Under the pieces are notes generated by a model. It was not told the origin of the DNA. It did not search any database and saw nothing but the letters and a program-made list of their open reading frames with translations. A DNA stretch of 64,000 bases from Hydrolagus affinis (lineage: Eukaryota), in NCBI GenBank assembly GCA_012026655.1, contig JAAILG010001212.1, positions 1 to 64,000 on the forward strand. The letters are read 5' to 3'. This document shows positions 1 through 12,789 of the stretch, in pieces. A program made the translations under genes and the position numbers. Positions within the stretch are counted from its first letter, which is position 1. Every line of letters starts with the position of its first letter.

Positions 1-81
1 AAAATATCGATATTTCGGTATATCTCGATATGAGCCCATCGATATATCTAAATCGGAAAATTTCCATATCGACGGACCCTA
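1..81. mobile_element. Right end of a non-autonomous DNA transposon (hAT-like TAGGG terminus)
   Basis: Ends ...gacggacccta (reverse complement TAGGGTCCGTCGATATGG) with clustered CpG-rich ATCGAT/ATATCG subterminal motifs. The other end is outside the window. Confidence 0.55.
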
Positions 82-830
82 CTGCACACAATAATCTAGG
101 TGTAGTCTCACCAAAGCCCTATACAGTTGCAGCAAGACTTCCCTACTCTTGTACTCTAAGCCTTTTGAAATGAACGCTAGCATGCCGTTTGCCTTCTTAG
201 TTGCTTGCTGCACCTGCAAACTAACTTTTTGAGACTGGTGTACAAGGATATCCAAATCCCTTTGAATACTAACACTATCTAACCTCTTCCCCCTCTAGAA
301 AATAATCAATTTTTTTATTTTTGTTACCTAATAATTTCACACTTCCCCACATTAAATTCCATCTGCTACCTACCTGCCCACTCCCCTAGCCTATCTATAT
401 CTTGTTGCAATCTTTTTGCATCATCCTCAGAGTTCACTCTCCTACCTAGTTTAGTGTCATCTGCGAATTTAGACACGTTACATTCAATGTCCTCATCTAG
501 ATCATAGATGTAAATTGTAAATAGCTGAGGCCCAAGCACTGATCCTTGTGGCACTCCACTAGTTACATCCTGCCAATTCGATAATGACCCATTTATCCCT
601 ACTCTCTGTTTTCTACCAGTTAGCCACTCATCTATCCATGTTAATATGTTCCTATTAATCCCGTGGGCCTTTTGTGTGGCACTTTATCAAATGCCTTCTT
701 AAAATCTAAATATACCACATCTACTGGTTCCTCTCTATCCAAACTGCTGGATACATCTTCAAAAAACTCTAAAAGATTAGTCAAGCATGACTTCCCTTTT
801 GTAAGTAAAGCCATATTGGCTCTGCCTAAT
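82..830 (-). mobile_element. CR1-type LINE reverse transcriptase fragment (disrupted)
   Basis: ORF 366-554 encodes PQGSVLGPQLFTIYIYDLD...SKFADDTKLG (RT PQG and FADD motifs). The D-F-K-K-A-F-D-K-V-P-H motif lies at ~677-710 on the minus strand. Confidence 0.93.
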
Positions 831-936
831 CTTTTTATGCACTGTGCACAAAATGTGCACTTTCCAGCGGGGTCACTGAGTAGGAATCAGTAGAGTGTTT
901 ATTGTTCTTGTGATTTAGCCATATACTGTAAAATGG

Positions 937-1020
937 AGCAACCATGTGTTCTGTGGGCGAATCCCTCAGCCAATTGCGCAATCTCCCAGAAACAGTCGTG
1001 GATTGAGTGTCAAACTCCTC
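937..1020 (-). mobile_element. SINE body fragment
   Basis: cagccaattgcgca...aaacagtcgtggattgagtg matches the reverse complement of the SINE at 42733. Confidence 0.7.
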
Positions 1021-1129
1021 ACTTATCCTTGCGTTTCATTACCCTGATCTTGTGATCTCATGTTCTGCTATCTCTGAACATCTACAATGACTGTTTAGTC
1101 TATCATATGTAGCACAGGTGAATGAAAGT

Positions 1130-1260
1130 AATAATCCTTGCATTTTGATATAGAGCTTTTTCACATCTTATCGACGTCTCAAAGCGCTTCACAGTAAGTA
1201 CTGAGACATCGATAAGACATGGAAAGCACTATATAAATGTAAGGATTATTATTATTATTA
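1130..1260. repeat. Two SINE 3' tails in inverted orientation
   Basis: 1130-1181 is approximately the reverse complement of 1202-1250. Confidence 0.85.
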
Positions 1261-2139
1261 CTGTTTAGGCCCAGAGATAGATTAATTTGTTTGACAGATG
1301 TGTAATATTGCAGTTTTTATTCTGGCAGATGATCACCAAGAAATAAATTCTCTCCTATCTTAAAGTAGTTTATTAGCCCTATGGAATCCATCATCAAAAT
1401 CCAAACATTACATGCTGGGAGGAAAGGAAGAAAAATAGTCAAAAATAATGCTTTATCAAATAGCAGGAGCTGTGTTCGATTCAATGGGGTTCACTTTATT
1501 ATTGCGACAACCAATGCACTAAGATTTCTCTGGTGTATAAATTAAGTACCTCATTGATTTCAGCGCGTCAAATTAATATTTGGAAGGCTAAGATAAACAG
1601 ACTGAATAATTCCACCAGCATTTCTCCCCAAGGTACTTTTTGGATCTTCTAACAATTTTAAACTTTTTTAAAATTGATTTCTCGATGCTTTTAAATCCAG
1701 TTCTCAATGTTAAATGAATTGTGACGTTGCTGTGAGCTCAAAGGTCATTGTCGATTAACTATGGTGTCTCAGAATAGAAGCCACAGTAAGTATCAACTGT
1801 TTTTCTTTTGGCCTTCTTGACATTAAGTTCCTGTTTCAAGCACTTTCGATATTTCACAGTAAATTTCTGTTGCAAGCTGTTGTTTTATTAAGATAGATGA
1901 CCTACTTTTGCAGAATTTATTTCATTCTTTCAATGGAGTTATACTCCATGTACTTTAGGATTAACAGAGGTCATCAACAAGGGCAGGAAAAGAAGGATGA
2001 AGCCAATTCAAGATGTTTTTCATGTTGATTTCCCCTCTCTTGCCTTACATAAAGAGGACTCCATCCACAGTTTCTAAGATCGGTAATTGTGCTGAATTTA
2101 CATTGAAATTGTTAGAGAATAGCTCTAGGTTTGTAGGTT

Positions 2140-2199
2140 TCAGCGCCTTGGGACGTCCTCCCGACGTGAAAGGCGCTCTATAATGTAATTTGTTGTTGT
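2140..2199 (+). mobile_element. L2 LINE 3' tail
   Basis: cagcgccttgggacgtcctcccgacgtgaaaggcgct...aatttgttgttg; the same tail ends the L2 at 44430-45061. Confidence 0.8.
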
Positions 2200-2439
2200 A
2201 ATTAATCACCAAACATTAAGTATACACTCGAGCGAAAACAGCAAGATTCTCAATGGTGCTCCTTTGTGGTACACTGTCAGGACAGACAGTCGGAGTCTCC
2301 CTTGGCTGCCGTGCAGGTTCCCCACAGCAGGTTCCCCTCTTTCCTGAGCTAAGTTTCCTTTCCTCTACGTCGGTTTATCCCTCCTCACCTCCCTATCCCA
2401 CCTCTGAGACATCCTAACCCAGCTGTTCCCGTTGCCCAG

Positions 2440-2700
2440 CAAAAATCAGCTTGCTTCATATCCACCCACATCTTTTGCCCCACCATTGCCATTTTGCCTC
2501 CCTCTCTGGAGGTCCATTTCTGGACTCCCTCCAACATGCTCCCTCCTTCCCCTCTTTCAAAGTTCTTTGACCACGCTTTAGATCATTGTTTTCCCCATCC
2601 CACCTCCCTCTGCTCCCACCCACAGCTCAGTTGCCCTGCTCACAGTGTCGAGTGCTTTGAGACATCTTTCAATGTGAAAAGGGCACTGCATAAATGTGAT
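2440..2700 (+). mobile_element. Degenerate L2 3' fragment
   Basis: C/T-rich stretch (tggactccctcc...tctttgaccacg) ending in a tail-like gtgctttgagacatc...gtgaaaagggc. Confidence 0.6.
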
Positions 2701-4644
2701 GTTTCTGGAAGGGAAATACTAAAATATTGCTTATATGGCCCAAGGACGCTTCTCACTTAAGGATTCCAGCTTGCGCCAGCCAAAAGGTTGGATGCCTTGA
2801 CTTAAGTGGTGATGGCAGGTTAAGCCAGCGGTGAGTTATCAGGAGTTTGCTGTAGGTCAGGACCAGGGAATTTCACACCCAGGTATACAAATGCAGCAAG
2901 TGCAAACTACACTGGGTACAGTGCCATATGGTTTGTTGAAGGTTTCCATTGAGAACTTCCAAAGATTATGTTATAATGTTATTAAACAGCTAATCATCCA
3001 GCATCCAAAGCCAAGATAACTGATAGAATCTCCTTCAGCAAGGAAAAAAAAGAGGGCGTCCATTACAGTGAACCAGGGTGGAATCTTCTTTTGCATCAAT
3101 AAAATTGGCGTATCATTGATACAAGAAATCTTAGATGTGAACTAATACTGACAACTCTGTTAACTCGTACTTTGCCACACAGTTTTAGAAATCTTGTTTA
3201 AGATACAGGTTGCTCAAGATAACATGACACAAACTCTTCCCTTGACACAAAATTCTAACCTGTCGAAACCATTGTCCAATTCCAAAAAGTGGATGTTCAA
3301 ATAGAAGTTTGCTAATTTAAAGGTTATGGAAAATTCAGAAAAAGCAACATTGGATGAAATATAAAAATAACTTATTATAAAAGAGCTACTGCTGATTGAC
3401 CCAAATGCCTTAAATTCACCAGTTCTTTTGCCTAAAACCAAACCTGCTGGTGCTGTAAATTTCTAAGCAAATTATGAATCTGAAAATAGTCACTGCCAAG
3501 GCATAGAGAAAATGTCTAACAGCAGACAGAAAACAATTTTAAACTTTTTTTTTTCTCCTCATTACTGTACTCCATTTATGCCTCAGGTAGTTAGAAGACA
3601 ACAATGAGAAGCAGATCATACTGTCGAGTTTTTGTTATGAAACATCCTTGTTATACTTGTTCAGTACAGTGCATCTTTCAGACACAGAAGTTCACATGGC
3701 AAGACGTGCCTGCAAGCACATACCGTCTATATTTAGAAGAAATCAACAATAGAAGTGCTCTGCGTTTTCAGAACCTCAGTTGGAAACTTTCAGCTCATGG
3801 GAACAGAGGCAAAATTCATTTGGGCTAAGTTGAACTAACAAGTTTACACACCCATGATAATTTTGGCACATGTCGTTTAACTATCTCCACCACATCATTC
3901 ATTGGTATTGAACACATTGAACACCTTGACACAAAATAGAGTTGACAACTACATGCTGGGTGTAGAATTTCCTCTATTGAAAATGATGACCAATTTTGGT
4001 ATGACAAACAGGTGGCAAAATTAGCAAATCTAATGTTTACTCTGATACTGGAATGTGTTCTGGATTGTATACTACACGAAACATGTTCATGTTCACTGAA
4101 CACATACATTGTCAAATAGAGCAGAAATTGCTGTAACACACCCACTCCAGCTACTCCCTAAGTAAAGAATGCATTCCTGGAGAAGTGGAGCTAACTCAAA
4201 AATGCTCGGTCTCAGCAGTACCATCAACTTGACACAATGAGTAGGAACCATAGTCACTCACCAAATACTGTCATACTGTTCAATTGGCTGCCTTGGCTCT
4301 TGTCAATCTCTGCCTAATACTCTCCAGAATGAGGTAAACGGGGAGAAAGTACACAAACATTCCATTCCAATAAATACAAATTAAAAAATTCCAGGTATAA
4401 GTGGGATGCATGGAACTCAACTTGGTTTGTGATGGTCTCTGCATGCGTCAGACATCTGACTGAGCAAAAAAAAATCTCAAGCCGCCCAAAGATTTTCAGA
4501 CAAGAAATTTTAAAATATTATGAAATTGTTGGGCATAATGGTTCAAGCAACTCTTAACTCTAACATCCAATTCCAGACTTGGTTCCAGAATTGATTCTGT
4601 CATGTTCCTTATTTAAAGCCAATAAATCCAGCATGAATTTACAA

Positions 4645-5215
4645 CAGTAACAACAAATTACACTTATTATACGATGCCCTTCACATCGGAAAGACATCCC
4701 AGAGACTGCCTAATCCTGAGTTTTGGACCCGAGCTGTGAGTTGGGGTCAGAAGGGGAGGTGGGCATGGCCAGTGGGGGTGGGAGGGTGGCCAAAGATACT
4801 GTTTCAACAGGAAGGTCTACAGATGGGACTTGAAGGAGGCAAGAGAGGAGGTGAGGTGGAGTGATTCCGGGATAGAGTTCCAACGTGTGGGATCAGAGTT
4901 GCTGAATGCCCGACCGCCAATGGTGGCTGCTGCCAATGGTGGGGCGGGAAGTGGGGGGCATCTGAAGCTGCTGGTGTCCACCAAGCGGAGGGACTTGTAA
5001 GCAAGAATTAGGTTTTTGTACTGGTTTCTCTGAGAAATGGGGAGCCAGAGAAGTCGGGCACAGAAAGGGAGTTTGGTGCGGGAGAGAACATGATTGCAGA
5101 GTTCGGAATAAGCTGCAGCTTGTGGAGGAAACAGTTGGGAAGTCTTTTGAGCAGGCTGTTTGGTGCAGGATTGCCAGAAAGCTTTCTGTGGTGATCCACT
5201 TGAAGACCAAAATGA
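4645..5215 (-). mobile_element. L2 LINE 3' fragment
   Basis: Tail at 4645-4705. Reverse complement resembles 44430-45061 (aagctgcagcttattccgaactctgc, tggaactctatccc). Confidence 0.8.
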
Positions 5216-6344
5216 ATCCTATCCTAGACTCGGTTTTCTGTATTCTTATAATAATGCAGTCACCCTGGCCTAGCTATTTCTTGGTCCACCAGGATTTCAT
5301 GTGCCTACCGTCTAGCCTTTAGTCACAAAATAGAGAGTTAACCCCAGAAGCATACTGTAATATCATAACTCCCCCCAAAATGATATTGTAGCCTGATCAA
5401 AGTGTACTTCTCAAACTGTCCCAAAGTGTCCTTAGGTCTCCTCATTAACACCACATCATGCACCCAAAAACTAGACATATTAATACTTAATTTGTGTAGA
5501 TTGTTTCTGATAGATTTGGACAGCTTCAAAAGATTTTTCAACTCAAAAAGGGATGAGAGATTGGCTCGGAGTGATGCCTACATTTATTGAAGATTAGTAA
5601 TGGATTTTCAAAACAGATATTCCATTAAAATGTTATTTTAAAAGCTGCTATCTGACCGTAAGATAAACTGGAGCCCTTTGTGCTTGAGTGCAATTTAAAT
5701 TCTCTCCTCTAAAAGCTAAAGCACAATGTTGTTTTATACAATTAACTGACAAGAAACAATCTCCTCTAACCCTCTGACCCTGTGAATCCCATAATGATAA
5801 TGTTTATCTAGATATTAGCAGAATATAGCGTCCACTTAGAAAGGCTCAATTTAATATTGTGTGCGGGCGACTGACAAGGCAACATAGAAAGATCTCCTAT
5901 GTGGAGGATTAAGACCTTAATCAACAGCAAATAAGCAGATTTAATTCTGTTAGTCATCTCCCCTATGGTGTGGTTGGAATGTTTTTGGTTTCAATGATTG
6001 CCACAGCAGAAATGAAATCTGCAGAATGTCATGCTAGTGTAAATCATTAGGAAGATTACTCTAGGTTTAGGAAAAAATGCCAAGAAAATGATCATTGACA
6101 ATTTTTTATTATCAATAAGACCTTTGAATAGTCAAATTACAAGAAATGCAACCACTGTAATCTACTTTATGGTTGTTCGATAAAACTGAGATTTTCTTTT
6201 TTCTTGTTGGTTCTTCAACATTTCCCTTTTTGCAAGTCCATACACTTCTCACATTATCTCGCACACATACATGAAACATTTGCATTCAAAGGTACATCTG
6301 ATATAGCATTTTATCATGTTTAAATGCCTCAAAATCTTTCACAG

Positions 6345-6610
6345 TATCCGTTAAAGATCACAGGGCACTATGCCAAACAGTGGGGAGTTCTGGTAGGGAT
6401 CTTGTCAATATTCGTACTATATCTGAATTTTTTTAAACAAATGATTATGTGATAATTGCTATTCATCCCATTGCTCTTTGTGGGACACTGTTGGAATAGA
6501 TGAGCCACTACTTTTGCCTACATAAGTCACTAAACATAATGCGTTTCACGTGTCAAGCACTTGTGAAGTGCTTTGAGATGTCTGATGTGATGAGAGGCTA
6601 TACAAGTTAC
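6345..6610 (+). mobile_element. Degenerate Deu-domain SINE-like fragment
   Basis: taaagatcacagggcactat...ggggagttct...tgtgggacactg...gtgaagtgctttgagatgtc resembles the recalled SacSINE1/AmnSINE Deu region plus the SINE tail. Confidence 0.55.
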
Positions 6611-7586
6611 AGAGGGGAGAGATTCCATCTTGTCCATGCACTGGCACATTTTCAAAGGCTTTCTAATTCAGACCATCAATTTCAGAGACTCAAACATGAA
6701 TTTACAATGTTCCCAAACACTCATTCCAAGTGCTTTAATGTAGTCTGTAACACAGAAAATTTGCATGCTGCATTTCTGAATCATTGATGTAAAAATCATA
6801 TTGTGCTTAAATAGACAGGAAAAAACAAACGAGTCACTTCAATAGGACATACATCCCTTACAATCTTCAGTTCTCCTTTGGTAAGTGAAGCATACTGGTA
6901 GTTAACAGAGTCTGAAGAGATTTTATTGTGCAACCATTGAGCCAACTCGAAAGCAAGACAGTGGAGTCAATTGACAAGCAGTTCACTTATGGGCAGTGGC
7001 ATAGTGTAATAACACAGAGACAAAAATTACACAGCAGATGGATAGATATAATTGGACATGACAAAAGTATCGGACAGAGGGTAGTCAAAAAGGCTTGAAG
7101 GACATTCTAGTTTGCTGCATGAATGACTGGATCTTTCTTATCTAACATTACCGCCTTCCCTATAGGAGAATGGCAAGTCATCTACAAATCTTGATTTCCT
7201 ATTCACATTTTCTGCAGCAGTTGGAAATCAATAAGGGGTTGTACCGTTGGGTACACTTAAATGTGCATGGTCTGCATAAATAACATTCAATTCATTTAGG
7301 AGTTCTGCCTTGAATACAATACATTCGGTGGAAGTGCCAGGTTTGAGATTTAAATATTTCACCTCTGCTGTGCAATCTTAAGAAAGCGGAGGGGCCTGCT
7401 TTTTCTAAGCGTGGAAGTACTGAAAACACCCTATTGATAATATGTGGCACTGTACAGCTATTTATCACCATGCTTGTATCCAGAATTGTCATGTCGTGTC
7501 CTGAATCAGTCAGTCTCAGTTTCGCTACCCAGTGCATTTCCTCTTCTCTCACTCGACATTAACAATATGGTGGAGCAATCCCTTAC

Positions 7587-7630
7587 CTACTAAAGTAAAG
7601 TTGCCTTATTAAACTGAGGGCCCTACAGAT
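7587..7630 (-). other. Candidate cassette microexon (44 nt, or 36 nt using the AG at 7623-7624)
   Basis: Long pyrimidine tract, then tgttttctttctgcgttAG|ATCTGTAG|GGCCCTCAG...TTTAGTAG|GTAAGG with a strong donor. Confidence 0.45.
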
Positions 7631-8849
7631 CTAACGCAGAAAGAAAACAAAAACAATTCTGACACCCGAAAATCCCAGAGAGGCAGAGAAAGAGACAGAA
7701 ATAACCCTGCACACATTAGGAAACGTAAATAAAGGGGAGAAAAGAAACAAACACAAATGTAGGGAGCAAAAATAAAGGAAAAACACAAAGGGAGGAATAA
7801 GAAACAAGAGAAAACTATTTTTGCCACTTATACATTGAACTGGTAAATTAGGTACTTTCACACTGATTCAAATGGGAACCATTGATTCATCGCTTGCTGG
7901 CATCTTTCTTATGTTGAATCCACATATGTGCATTTACAAACGCAGGCAAGTGCACTCAAACACAGAGTGCTCCTCTTCACCTGATCACCATTAGAGGTAT
8001 TTTTAAGTGCTCAGAGGAATTAAAACATGAATGGTGATACTGAAAAGCCACTAGAGTACATTTTCAACACTACAGGCTTACTGCTTTTGAAAGGACTTTG
8101 CACCAGCTACTAAAATAAAAATAAGGCAATTGAGAGCAAGATCACCTCTGGAGATTGGCTGCACATACTGCTGCACAGTTAGAAAGACAAATAACTCTTG
8201 TTTTAACAATACCGGATAAAGTTCCAGTCAGAACAGTAAAGTAAATGTGGCAAAAGGAAAGCAAATCGACATTAAAAGCAAGATTTAACACCCACATGCC
8301 TGTTAAGACATGGTTTGCTGATTTTAACTATGTTTCTGTTTCCATCCCTGTCTCCCAACATCTCAATCCTTCCCTTGCTCCAAGGTCTTCATCAAGACCT
8401 TCCTCTTTGACCGCAACTTCCCCCCTCCATCCCCACTCTTAGCTCAGGCACAAATCTTGGATTATCCAGAGCTTGAGATGTTCTCTCAATGTGAAATGTA
8501 ATGTAAAATACGTGAAATGTAAATATGTTATTATTTTCTATTCAAGGTTTGCCTTGAGTGGGGTATTGGGGGGGTGGGCACAACTGAGAAACCAATTTCA
8601 CAACTAGGATTTGTATAATGCTGAGAGTTTTCCTGATTCACAGAAAGCAGTCAGTAAGGCAAATAAGATGTGTGTCTTTATGACAAGAGGTTGGGAATTA
8701 GTCAAAAAAAAATGCTGTCTGATACACACAGAAACCCATAGCCATGTTTAAAAATACGCAAACTAGACAAGAGTTCCACACATGCATTGTCACCCATGAT
8801 GGAAATTGGGGGTGACTCTCTCCACCGGAAGAGGGACACAACCAGCTTA

Positions 8850-9250
8850 CTCAATTCCAGAAAAACATAGGTGCAGGTCAGCAATTACATAGACTGCCTA
8901 TCAGACCTAATTTCGAGCAAAGGTTCAGTATTGACACCCACTCTTAGGAATGATACATTAGCCTTAGAAGGGTTTCTAAGAGATTAGAAAGAGATTAGAA
9001 CTGAAATCAGGAAGCGTTTCTTCACACAAAGACCATTGAAGATATCGAATGCTCAGGGCCAGAACTCTGTAGAGGCGGATTAAATGGAGATGCTTAAAGA
9101 TAGGGAGATACCTGGGAAGTTCAGATATTAAGAAGCATACCCAGAAAATAGAGCATTGGGAATTTTCAAAATGCCAAGATCAAATAAACTGGTGGAACAA
9201 GCTTGATGGACATTCGCCCAGTCCTGGTTTTCCTAAGTTCCTGAGTATGT
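8850..9250 (+). mobile_element. Old CR1 LINE 3' fragment
   Basis: gatacattagccttagaaggg (D-x-L-A-L-E-G-like) and aggaagcgtttcttcacacaaaga (R-x-F-F-T-Q-R-like), then a decayed 3' UTR. Confidence 0.6.
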
Positions 9251-11324
9251 CGGTACTTCATTTTCCAATGACCTCTGGTATATACAGAAGATAATGCAAA
9301 ACTGAAAACTCAAGATACACTTCTGATAAACCTGTACAATGTTGCACCAAAATATCATGATGATCTTTAGCAAGTGCTTTTTTTAAAAAAAAAACTACAC
9401 AGGCATTTTAAGATATCAAGAAAGCACAAACCTCTGTTTGACCATTTGGTTGATCACTGTTAAGGAATCGGCTTGGCAGCTTTTAAGAACAGAGATCTCC
9501 TCCAATAGCCTCAATTTTCTCCCTCTACTCTTTTAGCATAGAACTTATCCATTCAGCATTATTGGAACTATGATTATTATTATTATTAATAACTATGGTA
9601 GAATGCTGCAAAGTACAATGCATGCACACAAGTCATGTAAATCAGCAAAGGGGTCTTCTTTAGATGCAACTGAAAAATCAATTGGAGAGTCTCCGGGGTG
9701 GGGGAGGGTAATTACTATACTGAAGATCTTTTCTATTAAGTGGCCTTTTTTTTCTCCAAATTGCACATTAGAGGGAGTTTGTTTCCACCGACAACTCTCC
9801 CTAGATTTTCCTTTTCTTTTAATAGATCAGCTGATGCGGTTTGGTTACTTGGAGTTGAAACAACTCAGCTGAACACTAAATTGGTTACTGTTTTAGAACA
9901 AAGAACCCATGGAATGTGCTCCAAGTGTTAACTTGGGACTTATGAAAATAATAAACAAACTGGTCTTGTGGTGGTTATGCAATGAAGTGTGCGATCTGTA
10001 CAGCAGTTAAACTAAATGAATTCTTCTATGGTCTCTCGTGAAATGTGAAATCCATTCTGAACTGAAAGTACCCCAATCTATATCAATTAATAGCACCAAT
10101 GAGTGCCAACAAGGCCATGTGAGGTATCTTCGTTCAGTAGTCACAGCAGGCATGGAATCTGCCACGTGGATCAGGGTTTGAGTGAGTTGACAGCCATTGC
10201 TACCCGGCAGTATGCGTTCCCCTTTCATTTCTGATCTGTGAGAAGCTTTCCCAGTGATTACAGAAGCCGGCAACCAGAAAAACAAACCACCTTCTCCTAA
10301 TTTGGAAACTCCATGCCTCAAGTTCCCACTTCCAGTTTTTTGATTGCTGCCACTGCCTTGGATTCCGCCCACAGTGTAAATAAGACAGGATTCTGGTAGC
10401 AGCAGCCTCAGGCTACCTCAAACTCAATTTAGCGCCAAATTACAAGCAATCTTGTTCTGTTAGTTTACATTTATCAGGAAACGATGTTGATACTGCTCCA
10501 AACTGCTTTCTCGTGGGAGGCTTATGGCCAAAGCAAGGAGACATAGATTTGTCAGCCCAGGTTGAAATCAAAGCTGTGTCCCAGGAGTGAAAGTAAAGTA
10601 TTCTAACCTGCTATGCCACCCATGCCAGTAATGTATGAAAGCAATGATACATCTGCCAATAAAATAGTTCCTTGTAGCTTTTCAGGAAAGCATAATGGTG
10701 CAGATAGAAACAGTACATTGTTAGTAAAATTCCAACAGGAAGTCTCAGAAATGAAAAAAATGTAACCTGCGTGTATTATGTAACAATAAATCATGTTCGT
10801 GAATACGTTCAACGTTCTAAGATACTCCTGGGGGTTGGGTTAATCGTTCAAGCTCTGCTCTCATAGACTCATGTCTTGTTAACCCCAGAATGTGTAACGC
10901 ATCTTAAAGCATTATTTATTTTCTGTGTAATACACTCCTGGGTATATGACGTTCTATATACTCAATGCAACCATGTAATTACTGTACAAACCTTTCCTAA
11001 ATATTTATTTAGCTCATCACTGCCAATGCTGCTTTATTATACGCACAGGAACTCAACCATCACTAAGACAAACCCACCATTCCCAAACACTATAGCACAT
11101 ACATTTGGGGGAATAAGTGAGAGGTGGAAACCCACAAAATATACAGTCAATTGACTTTACAGCATATTCTGTCAATATGAGACATCCTCCCAATGTGAAA
11201 GCCGCTCGCCCTATCAATGCAATTTTGTTGTTGTTGTAGTATCGAAGACGTGATAAGGAGCTATATCAAATGCAAAGATTGTTTTTTATTCTAACGCATT
11301 GAGAGATAGACATAATCTATGATC

Positions 11325-11440
11325 AAAACACAAAATACTAAGATGCTGGGAATCTGAAACAAAAACAGAAGTTGCTGGGGAAACTCAGCAGGTCAGGCAG
11401 CATCCATGGAGAAAGGAAAAAGAGTCAACGTTTCGGGTCT
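11325..11440 (-). mobile_element. Penelope-like element terminal-repeat remnant
   Basis: aaaacagaagttgctggggaaactcagcaggtcaggcagcatccatggag...gtcaacgtttcgggtc matches a recalled abundant chondrichthyan repeat. Confidence 0.6.
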
Positions 11441-11789
11441 TTATGGTCAAATTAGTAGTTTATGCCATTTATAAGGTGACCAAAAAGAGATGGTAGGCGG
11501 GTGGAGGGGGAACGTGGCAACAATAAATTCTAAATCTTGAGATTGAAAATGGGCAAATAACAACATATTTATTAACAGCATACATTGCAAGAATGATCAA
11601 GCAACTCTGTTATAACACGTTCAATATTTTAGAACCCAAATTATAAACCACATGTAAACAAATGGCTGTGAACCCTCACTTTCTATGCACTAATATCACT
11701 TCCTTTGCAAAGTGATGCCAGCAACAATTGCTGCATACAATGATGTTGAAAGTGACATCAGTGGCACATTGGTGCACAGCCCAGGACAT

Positions 11790-12009
11790 CAAGTTTCCTC
11801 ACCCCTAATAATCCCTCAAGAAAAAAAAACCAATAATAATTTGGTCACTCAATCCACGACCGTTTGTGGGACACTGCTGTGTGCAATTGGCTACTGTGTT
11901 TCACCCACAATTATAGTCAATTCAGTTTACAGTATATTCTGTGAAGCGCTTTCAGATGTCGAGAAGACGTGAAAAGCACTATATCAAATGCAAAGATTAT
12001 TATTATTAT
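11790..12009 (+). mobile_element. 5'-truncated tRNA-SINE
   Basis: ataatccctcaag...ttggtcactcaatccacgac...gtgaagcgctttcagatgtcgagaagacgtgaaaagcact...(ATT)n. Confidence 0.88.
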
Positions 12010-12789
12010 CGTTGGTGACCTGAAGACCTAGAAGTAGCTATTATTAACACGAGAACCCGGCTTATCAGTGCCAGAATTTGTATGCATGTAAAGCTAGCAA
12101 GGGTCCATCCACACAGGACCCATGCTATCTAAGCAAATCCACACGCAAATGGTGGGTGGAGGATGGGGGTTGTAACACAGTTGCCCTGTAAGCATCACCA
12201 AAGAATGAACAAAATGCAGCAATGAACAATCATAAAATAAATTAAATACTTTTAGTGTAATTCCACTAAAGCTGCTGAGCGATTAAAAAAAATACAGGGG
12301 AATAAATGGAAAACCCCAAAATTGCAAAACTGCCTCAAAAGGCTTTAAAAATAAATCTAGTTTCATTCATTCTCACAATCTCTCATTGTTCAACATCAGA
12401 GCTGCTGATGTCGAGTCAGAAGAATCAGGCGCCAACTGAGAACAAATTCACGTACCTTAATTAAAACTATCTATAAACCATAATCTAATGCGGCAAAGTT
12501 GAATTCAAGAGGCTTCTATTTAACAAGCTTTCAGCACAATTCCTGCTTTAGCATTCTAGCTTGGCTGGTGCTAAACCGATAATGCAAAATGCCATTTCTA
12601 GTTCACTGTTGCCCCCCATAGAATCCTCATGAAAAAAATGTCAGTAACACCCAGCAATTGAGAGCTCAAAGCACAGATTCCAATGTCAGGTGTATCCCAT
12701 CATTTAAAAAATAAATACTTGGGATGTACTTGTAACACACAAAGACACATTAGGTTCATGGTCAATGATCATTAGAATATTCCATATTC

